NCBI GenBank assembly: GCA_965216335.1 | Contig: OZ244154.1 | Location: 557,373-581,372 of the forward strand | DNA length: 24,000 nt | Source: Aestuariivirgaceae bacterium | GTDB lineage: Bacteria > Pseudomonadota > Alphaproteobacteria > Rhizobiales > Aestuariivirgaceae | Direction: 5' to 3' | Shown: positions 17,860 through 24,000 of the stretch, piece after piece | How the letters are laid out: every line of letters begins with the position of its first letter | How positions within the stretch are numbered: the stretch's first letter is position 1 | Translations under genes and position numbers: made by a program | Notes under the pieces: model-generated | The model's database searches: none | Seen by the model: the letters and a program-made list of their open reading frames with translations, nothing else | Told to the model about the DNA's origin: nothing

Positions 17860-19323
17860 CTACTTCGCAAGACAAGTCCATTCCGCACCTTGCGAGCCGC
17901 TTACTTGGAAGCCGAGCGAGTAGCAAATCTTCTCAAATTGCGCGCGCGTCATGAAACCGAGGAAGTCCATGGGCTGAACATGGGCGTGGCGTGACCATTG
18001 TTCGAACTGGCCGGCATAGGGATCACTGCTGATGCTGATGTTGCCGGACGCATTGCTGCGGTGTGAGAAAACCGGTTGATGCTGCTGCGCGCTCGACATT
18101 TGCGCGGAAGCTACACAGCCCGCAGATGCCAGCGTCAACGCACAAGAAGTCTTCGACGCCGCGCGTCCTGCCCCGGCTGCAGAGACCACAAGGGCGCCGC
18201 TATGCCCGGAGACCCTATTGCGCAGTTCAGCCTTGGTTCCAGATCCAAGATAATAACGCAGGTACATCCGCTGACCCGGTCCGAACTTTGGTGCAGCGGT
18301 GACAGAGATCACGTAGAAATCCCGTCTCTTTTGATGCTTCTTTCCTCCAGCGACCCCGTAGCGAACACGCACCGGTGTCTTTCTACCGACAAATGACTTG
18401 ACCTGTCGCGGGAACACCAGGGCAAACGATTCCGGCCTGTGACCCGACGACCACTGGGCCACGCCGTGGGCACGATCGGGACCTGTCGTCTCGCCCTGTT
18501 GGAACCGTGGCAAATGGTAGATTGTGCCGTGACCCGGCAAGTCCAGTTCGTCGAACAGCGTAGAGCGTACACCGCCCCATGGCGCGTTGATCCACGTGTA
18601 CGTGCTGCTGCCCAGATTGAAGACAAGGTTCTCGACGCGCAGCAGGTCGCCGGTGCTGACCGACAATCGGGTAATGACCATGACGTCGGATCTCAGCCGG
18701 TCCGGGACATGTCCCTGCTGGGGCCAACTGACGATGTACAAAAACCGGCCGGTTTGGTCGGTCTGCCAGGATACCAATGGAGAATAGTGGTTGCGCGTGC
18801 CTTGCACTTTCCGGTCCGCATAGGAGCCTGCCTGATGAATGAAATCAGGATTTTTTGCGCGCCAGCCACCTTCCTTGCGCTTTTTGCCTTCGCCGTGTTT
18901 GGTCAGGACAAACTGAAACACATCATCGACATACTGCGAAAACCAGTTGGCTTGTGGCGGCATATATTGTGTACCGCCCGCCTCCCAGGCATACACATTG
19001 CCACCCGATGCAATGTGGGCCCGCGCGGCGTTCACGCCTTTTCCCAAATCTATGGAAAACGCGCCGACTATTGCCCGATTGCGCTTCACGAACGCAGGTG
19101 CCCATTTCAAAGGCAATGAGTGCTCGGCAATGATCCCCACATCACGTTCGCCGGCCAGCTCCAGGGCATTCTCGAGAAACATCGCGTGCAGCTGATCGTT
19201 GCGGCCATCGACCAGCTGGCTGGCAACATCGGCCCGTGCTCCTTGGCTTAACAGCGCGACGCCAAATAAGCCGATCAGCGAAAACAGTTGGACAAGCATC
19301 CAGACCGTAGTCTTGCGCGTCAT
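17860..19323 (-). CDS. Exported or membrane-anchored 487-aa protein, unknown function (last gene of the glycan operon)
   Basis: Long ORF. I prefer the ATG at 19323 because it overlaps the epimerase stop as ATGA. That start gives a signal/anchor of MTRKTTVWMLVQLFSLIGLFGVALLSQGARA followed by DV. I could not assign any catalytic motif. The C-terminal third contains an Ala/Ser/Gly-rich low-complexity stretch. Confidence 0.7.
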   Translation of the reverse strand: MTRKTTVWMLVQLFSLIGLFGVALLSQGARADVASQLVDGRNDQLHAMFLENALELAGERDVGIIAEHSLPLKWAPAFVKRNRAIVGAFSIDLGKGVNAARAHIASGGNVYAWEAGGTQYMPPQANWFSQYVDDVFQFVLTKHGEGKKRKEGGWRAKNPDFIHQAGSYADRKVQGTRNHYSPLVSWQTDQTGRFLYIVSWPQQGHVPDRLRSDVMVITRLSVSTGDLLRVENLVFNLGSSTYTWINAPWGGVRSTLFDELDLPGHGTIYHLPRFQQGETTGPDRAHGVAQWSSGHRPESFALVFPRQVKSFVGRKTPVRVRYGVAGGKKHQKRRDFYVISVTAAPKFGPGQRMYLRYYLGSGTKAELRNRVSGHSGALVVSAAGAGRAASKTSCALTLASAGCVASAQMSSAQQHQPVFSHRSNASGNISISSDPYAGQFEQWSRHAHVQPMDFLGFMTRAQFEKICYSLGFQVSGSQGAEWTCLAK

Positions 19324-20387
19324 ACACCCCCGGCACTTGCCCATTCGCTTACTTCCTTTAGTCCATCTTCAAATGACATTTGCGCAGACCAGTTGAGCAA
19401 CTCCCTGGCCCTTTCGACGTCTGCAACGGCATACCGTACATCGCCAGAGCGGAAGTCACCACTGATGCGCAACCGATCCTCGTCACAGTCGAAGTTGTTC
19501 AACAACACAAGTGCCATTTCCAGAATGGAGGCGGCCTTTCCGGAGCCGATGTTGACAGGCGTAGTGCCGATCTGCAGATCCTGATTGGCCAGGATTGCCA
19601 AGGCATTGACGACATCGCTGACATGCACGAAATCGCGCATGATGTTTCCGTCTTCGTAGATATTCAGAGTCTTGCCGGCCATGATCTGCTCACAGAAGAT
19701 CGAGATGACGCCGGTATAGGGGTTTCGCAAGGATTGGCCAGCCCCGTAGACATTCTGAAATCTCAGGCTATTGACCTCAACATCAGTTCCGTCGAAACAT
19801 TGCTGCAGAAGATCTTCCTGCATGAGTTTGGTTGAGGCATAAACTGAAGCCGGGCGCGGCGCCAGATCTTCAGGTGTTGCGACCGGAGTCAATGTCCTGC
19901 CATCTCGGGATTTTACCGCAAAATCACCTGCCGACATGTCTTCCGAGCGGCGTGGCTCCCCGCACACCACCTTGCCATCGTCCAAATATCCGCCTTCACC
20001 ATAGACCGCCCTTGACCCGGCAAGGACTATGCGGCGTACCGCCTTGCCTGATTTGCGGACAGCCTCCACCAGATTGGTCGTTCCTATCACATTCACCTGG
20101 CAGTAGCGGGTCGGTTCATCCCAGGACTGTCCCGTGCCGGTTTCCGCGGCGAGGTGATAGATGATGGTCGGTTTGAAGTACCGGACAACGTTTTCCAACT
20201 CGGTGAAATTCGCAACATCGCCACGAACGTTGTTCAGTTCGCTGGCACAAGGCGTGAGCCCGTGCACTTGCGGATGGAGATTGTCAAAGGACAAGACCTC
20301 AGCTTGGTCCGAAAGCTTTCTGGCCAGGCGCGAACCAATGAAACCGGCACCACCGGTGATGAGAACTCTGTCGTGGTCAGCAGTCAC
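19320..20387 (-). CDS. NAD-dependent nucleotide-sugar epimerase/dehydratase (extended SDR)
   Basis: VLITGGAGFIGSRL Rossmann motif at the N-terminus. Catalytic YASTKLMQE (YxxxK). GTG start with a GGAG 8 nt upstream. Confidence 0.9.
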   Translation of the reverse strand: MTADHDRVLITGGAGFIGSRLARKLSDQAEVLSFDNLHPQVHGLTPCASELNNVRGDVANFTELENVVRYFKPTIIYHLAAETGTGQSWDEPTRYCQVNVIGTTNLVEAVRKSGKAVRRIVLAGSRAVYGEGGYLDDGKVVCGEPRRSEDMSAGDFAVKSRDGRTLTPVATPEDLAPRPASVYASTKLMQEDLLQQCFDGTDVEVNSLRFQNVYGAGQSLRNPYTGVISIFCEQIMAGKTLNIYEDGNIMRDFVHVSDVVNALAILANQDLQIGTTPVNIGSGKAASILEMALVLLNNFDCDEDRLRISGDFRSGDVRYAVADVERARELLNWSAQMSFEDGLKEVSEWASAGGV

Positions 20388-20452
20388 AGCGTGGGCTCCG
20401 TCGAAATAGTATGCTGGCGGGTGAAGTTAATTCTGTCGTACACGAGTACACG

Positions 20453-22408
20453 TTAGGTACGGAGCAGCCGTTTGAACTGCAGACGCAGAAATCTTGGCGC
20501 TTCGATAAATGCCGCGCGCCCAACCCGCAAGAACGGTTTGATTGCATTCCACAACGAGGGATGATTCCGCTTGATCTTTGTCCTTGCAGTGCGCCAACGA
20601 TGCCATAGCGACTGCGTGAACGGCACGACCGGTTTGAACGCGGAATCAGCAATCTTGACCTGTTGACGAATGTCCGCTGACGGAAAAGCCGCCGACAGCC
20701 GTTGAAGCTTGAACTGCAATTTGACGTAGTTCCGCTCAGCCTGCCGGCGGTTGGCAACATGCAACACCCGAAACCCTTCTGACTGTGCCACATACCCAAT
20801 CAGCCGCTCCATGATATGTGCCAACCCGCCGTCGACATGGTTCGGTTCAGGATTGAACTCATCCCAGCGCCATCGTTCGGCAAACATCGGAAGCAGGGCC
20901 TTCGGGCGAAACCAGAACATCGTACCGTAGGGGGCAACGGGCGTGTGATCGTCGAGTTTAACTTTCAGACCAAGCCTTTCAGCTGTCTTTGAGACACCGA
21001 TGCGGTTTGTGAACCAACTATGCCCCAGTGTTCCGAACCCTATGTGAATCGTAGGCGGCAGGACGAGGCCAATCTTCGGATTCTGTTCGAACAGTCTCAC
21101 AATGCGTTGCACGAATGCCCGGTTCTTTATGAGATTCTCGAGCAGGTGTTCACGGAACGAGTTTGAAATGTGCGGCGCGACTTGCGGGGACTTCTTTGAA
21201 TGCAGCCTCAAGGCGACATCAATATCCTCACCCAGGAACTCTTCGCGAAACGTTATAAACAGAGACGACATGTCCCTGCCTTGGTTTTTCTCAACGACCT
21301 TGATCTTGTAGTTCGCGACCTTCTTGGCCTTAATGGCGTTTTCGACATACTTCGCGCCGTCCTCGGAAGCGACGGATACAAGAAGTGTTGAGTTAGCAGG
21401 CATCAGCCTAAAGTGCTTGAGCACTTCGTGAATGAATTCGCTGTAATAGACGTGGCAGACCATGGCCGCACGAGAAGTCAGCTTTTCCGATTTGCGCTTG
21501 ATTTCATCATGATCGATAATCGTCAGCTCTTCGAATTTCGCTTCGATATCCCTGAGCGAATTGCTGCGCAGAATAACGTCCCAAACCATGTCGACGTCGT
21601 AATCGGTGTACTCAGCAATTGCATCCAGTGTCCGGCGCCCATCCAGGGTTTCCATCTCGAACACCAGCGGGTCGAGCAGGAGAAAAGACCGGTGCAGGAA
21701 GGGATGACCTTGTTCTATCAATGCGCCCGATTCGAGAAGATGCGGCTGTTGCGAAATCGTTTCGAACCGCGATGAAAAGCAACCGAAAGACCATCGGTCG
21801 GACGGCTCACCAAGCGCCTTTGCCAAGGCAGCCTCTGCTTTTGGTAAACCTGCACCAATTGCGCTGTTCTTGTGCTGAGCCAAGATGCTTTGCACCAACC
21901 CGGTTGCCCACAATTCCGGCGAAATCTGCAGCCAACTGCTTTCGCAGACCAGTTCCAGTCCGTTCCCGCCGCCACCGCTTCTTGCCAGCATTGGGTGGGA
22001 GCTGAATGCGGACATCATATCATGGCCAGATTCATTTCTCGCCTGGATCAAGCTGGTCAGCGATTGCATCGGGCCGATCAGGGACACATCGCACAGCAAG
22101 ACATCACCAGTGACGTCTTTGCCGACATGTTCGGCGGATTGTGCGTAGAAATTGAGCCGGCCTGTTGTTCCCGATGCGCCGATGATTTCGTCTGCGAACT
22201 CCGCATAGCCGGGTTCACGACCGTAGGCGTCAATCTGAGCTTGAGGCACGACAAGAAGGGTTCTTGTGCATACTTCCCCCAGAGCCTTTAGCAGATACTG
22301 GTCTTCAGGCGCGCGGATATGTTGCTCGTCAGCAGATGTGACACACAGCACGGCAACATCAATCTGTGGCTCGGATAGTCCTGCCTTGATATTTGCGGAC
22401 TCGTTCAT
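20453..22408 (-). CDS. Rhamnan-synthesis-protein-F (RgpF)-like glycosyltransferase, 651 aa
   Basis: The C-terminal half carries the RgpF-family signature series as I recall it: VCHVYYSEF, NQGRDMSS, LHSKKSPQ, GTMFWFRPKAL, DGGLAHIMERLIG. The N-terminal ~320 aa is not assignable. The ATG overlaps the upstream gene's stop as ATGA. Confidence 0.75.
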   Translation of the reverse strand: MNESANIKAGLSEPQIDVAVLCVTSADEQHIRAPEDQYLLKALGEVCTRTLLVVPQAQIDAYGREPGYAEFADEIIGASGTTGRLNFYAQSAEHVGKDVTGDVLLCDVSLIGPMQSLTSLIQARNESGHDMMSAFSSHPMLARSGGGGNGLELVCESSWLQISPELWATGLVQSILAQHKNSAIGAGLPKAEAALAKALGEPSDRWSFGCFSSRFETISQQPHLLESGALIEQGHPFLHRSFLLLDPLVFEMETLDGRRTLDAIAEYTDYDVDMVWDVILRSNSLRDIEAKFEELTIIDHDEIKRKSEKLTSRAAMVCHVYYSEFIHEVLKHFRLMPANSTLLVSVASEDGAKYVENAIKAKKVANYKIKVVEKNQGRDMSSLFITFREEFLGEDIDVALRLHSKKSPQVAPHISNSFREHLLENLIKNRAFVQRIVRLFEQNPKIGLVLPPTIHIGFGTLGHSWFTNRIGVSKTAERLGLKVKLDDHTPVAPYGTMFWFRPKALLPMFAERWRWDEFNPEPNHVDGGLAHIMERLIGYVAQSEGFRVLHVANRRQAERNYVKLQFKLQRLSAAFPSADIRQQVKIADSAFKPVVPFTQSLWHRWRTARTKIKRNHPSLWNAIKPFLRVGRAAFIEAPRFLRLQFKRLLRT

Positions 22409-23424
22409 TGCAGCTCGGTCAGTTCGATTTTCTTTTCGTAGTAGTCAAGCAATGCCGCAACAATCGGCTGGGCAGCCAATGCATGGTCATCATAGTACGG
22501 CAGAATTGCGGCCTCGTTGAGAAACGGCTCTGCTGCATCTTCCTCAGGATAGATCAGACCTGACAATCGCTCGCGGATTTGCCCTTCCAACGTCTGCATC
22601 ACAAAGGTGTCGCGCGGAACGGTGATTTGCTTTCGCGCATGTTTGGCGTAGGTCTGGATGACGCTGACAATCTGCTGGCGTTCGTTCGCGTTCGTTCCTC
22701 TTATGAACTTGTGCCGCAACTCCGGACCAACATGTGGAGCACCATTCGCTTTTCGTGCTGTAAGCAAGCGAAGGAACTCTGTCAGTTCAATAGGGTAACT
22801 TTGGTTCGACCTCGCTTTTTCCTGCGCCTTCAAGTTCTGCAGACCCAGCACCGACTGCGCAAAAACCTCAAAAATGTCCCCGTTCTTTCTTCGAATTGCT
22901 TCCACCAGCAAAATGTGAAGCTGACTGTCATCCATCTGCAGCAAGGGATCCAGATCAACCATGGAGTTGACAATCCTTGACTTCAAAGGGTCATTGAAGT
23001 TGTTCGCAAAGCGTTGCGGCAGACTGGCCGGGCAACCTTGCTTCACTTCCTCCGCCCAGTATGAGTAGAACAGACTGACGGGGTCACGGACGGCATAAAC
23101 CAGGTGAATCTCTGTCTGACCCAGCAGTTCCGACAGCTTGCGGAACTGCTCCGGTTTCCATCGACAGAAGCCTTCTGCAGAAAACACAATGCTTGCATCG
23201 CCAGCTTCGTCCCGCACGCCTTCAGTCAATTCCGCAAAGTGCTTGCCATCCGAATTGAGGTATTCAGAATAGTTGTGAGCGAGGTCATGGTGCGCACGTT
23301 GGTCGAGCATGCCGACCGACGGGTAGCACCAGCCCAACGTCTTCAACTCGTCCCGCTTTGCAAACAGATTATGTTGGATGTACGTGGTTGCCGTCTTGTG
23401 TGGACCTATGTGCAGAACCAGCAA
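22405..23424 (-). CDS. Sulfotransferase-like P-loop protein
   Basis: N-terminal 5'-PSB-like loop HIGPHKTATTYIQ (compare PKxGTT). A 3'-PB-like VYAVRDPVSLFYSYW (RDPxxxxxS). The start is a TTG at 23424 with GAGGG 8-12 nt upstream. No in-frame ATG is available because a stop lies two codons upstream. Confidence 0.65.
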   Translation of the reverse strand: MLVLHIGPHKTATTYIQHNLFAKRDELKTLGWCYPSVGMLDQRAHHDLAHNYSEYLNSDGKHFAELTEGVRDEAGDASIVFSAEGFCRWKPEQFRKLSELLGQTEIHLVYAVRDPVSLFYSYWAEEVKQGCPASLPQRFANNFNDPLKSRIVNSMVDLDPLLQMDDSQLHILLVEAIRRKNGDIFEVFAQSVLGLQNLKAQEKARSNQSYPIELTEFLRLLTARKANGAPHVGPELRHKFIRGTNANERQQIVSVIQTYAKHARKQITVPRDTFVMQTLEGQIRERLSGLIYPEEDAAEPFLNEAAILPYYDDHALAAQPIVAALLDYYEKKIELTELQ

Positions 23425-23427
23425 AGC

Positions 23428-23700
23428 TCAACCCTCACTCTTAGTCATTTCAGTCAACCTGACATTCCAGATGCGAACAACCCGCCGCACCATATTCTCA
23501 CCAAGCGGCGTCATACCTCGCGGTGACATGGCATCCTCGAACCCCGGCGAGCCCTGTTCTGTCACGGCATTCAATCGCTTAACGGCAGGATCCAAAGACC
23601 GGCAATCATGCCATCCATCTTCGTATTCGCACGGCATATCCGCCCACCCAGACCCCCGCATACAGGGTCGGAAATGGCAAAAACAGCAAAATCGGTTCAC
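23428..23700 (-). CDS. Small Cys-rich ORF (90 aa from a GTG; shorter from internal ATGs), hypothetical
   Basis: The ORF ends 3 nt before the sulfotransferase TTG start and carries that gene's RBS in its last codons. The N-terminus is CCFCHFRPC...C...C. Its own RBS is weak and no homology was recognised, so it could instead be a 5' leader. Confidence 0.3.
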   Translation of the reverse strand: MNRFCCFCHFRPCMRGSGWADMPCEYEDGWHDCRSLDPAVKRLNAVTEQGSPGFEDAMSPRGMTPLGENMVRRVVRIWNVRLTEMTKSEG

Positions 23701-23770
23701 CGGCTCTAAGCGGGAAATTCCACGCGGCAGGCCCCCAAGATTTCACTGGGGTTCAATACGAAAAACGCCG

Positions 23771-23900
23771 AATGCGTGTCAATCCCCATAGCCGGATGCT
23801 GAACATGTTCAATGGACAAAAAGTACTGTTGAAACGCTGGAAAATCTCCGCAGGTTCACCGCTGCGATCGTGGGGCGCCTTGAAAACTGTGACACGCATT
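23771..23900. repeat. 11-bp perfect inverted repeat pair (AATGCGTGTCA / TGACACGCATT), 108 bp apart, in the divergent control region
   Basis: Read directly: 23771-23781 and 23890-23900 are exact reverse complements. The enclosed region holds a 10-bp palindrome GAACATGTTC (23801-23810). GTTCAAT occurs twice, each followed by an A5 run (23751-23767, just left of the left arm, and 23807-23823). Confidence 0.5.
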
Positions 23901-23952
23901 ACACATCCGCCGGTATCCTGTATGATTGCCCACCAATAATCGGAGCACCAGA

Positions 23953-24000
23953 ATGAACGTAGTTTTCATTTCGATTGACGACCTCAACGACTGGGCCAAC
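23953..24000 (+). CDS. Sulfatase-like hydrolase, N-terminal 16 codons only (3' partial)
   Basis: The ATG at 23953 has a GGAG 7 nt upstream. The translation MNVVFISIDDLNDWAN resembles the sulfatase-family N-terminal strand plus metal-binding DD (xNVxFIxxDDL). Only 16 residues are visible, so this is tentative. Confidence 0.45.
   Translation, partial: MNVVFISIDDLNDWAN

Noticed and set aside
18439-19119. 226-aa plus-strand ORF inside the unknown exported protein gene, and other shadow ORFs (7614-8171, 8590-9081, 14050-14559, 15625-15987, 21413-21775, 22579-22980, 23104-23526)
   Set aside because: Each is antisense to, or out of frame with, a longer ORF that has family motifs or operon-consistent start/stop coupling. 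None has an RBS-plus-motif combination of its own.
22678-22697. Tandem 10-nt duplication GCGTTCGTTC x2 inside the sulfotransferase-like gene
   Set aside because: There are only two copies. They are in frame as part of RGTNANERQ, with no homopolymer or higher-order array, so this is not convincing as a phase-variation tract.
23378-23791. 137-aa plus-strand ORF across the sulfotransferase start and the Cys-rich ORF
   Set aside because: It overlaps the 5' end of the sulfotransferase gene in antisense. It has no RBS and gives an Arg/Ser/Pro-rich, featureless translation.
1-24000. Search for CRISPR arrays, rRNA/tRNA genes, IS elements, integrases, toxin-antitoxin pairs and known defence-system hallmarks (nuclease, helicase or ATPase trios, reverse transcriptase)
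   Set aside because: I saw no spaced direct-repeat array, no transposase/integrase-like ORF, no terminal inverted repeats bracketing a gene, and no P-loop ATPase or nuclease motif combinations in any long ORF. The only P-loop-like protein fits a sulfotransferase better.

Overview
This looks like a chromosomal window from an alphaproteobacterium, probably Rhizobiales-like. That call is an inference from gene content and high GC; no database search was possible.

Positions 1 to about 16.3 kb are ordinary core genes:
- a TPR protein, truncated at the left edge
- an orphan CheY-like receiver
- a secreted papain-like peptidase candidate
- an SDR oxidoreductase
- a tightly overlapping crcB-rluC-HAD-ATP12 chain
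- pccB
- a Xi-class GST (yqjG-like) flanked by two small exported proteins of unknown function
- a RidA-family protein
- a minus-strand rimO-sthA pair
- a choline-kinase-like phosphotransferase coupled to a DMGDH-like DAO-GcvT fusion

From about 16.3 kb to the right edge the content becomes accessory. It starts with an orphan TadG-like/VWA protein. A minus-strand operon follows, with start and stop codons overlapping or nearly touching: small Cys-rich ORF, then sulfotransferase-like, RgpF-like, NAD epimerase, and a 487-aa exported protein with no motif I can assign. This operon faces a sulfatase-like gene that starts 48 nt before the window ends.

GC appears lower between about 19.3 and 23.9 kb. 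My hand counts of single 60-nt lines gave 45-58% there. Core-gene lines gave 50%, 58% and 72%, and one line in the unknown-protein gene gave 63%.

The best candidate for something undescribed is this sulfation/desulfation glycan module, its unassignable exported protein, and its repeat-rich divergent control region.

I found no CRISPR array, rRNA, tRNA, transposase, integrase or recognisable defence-system genes.
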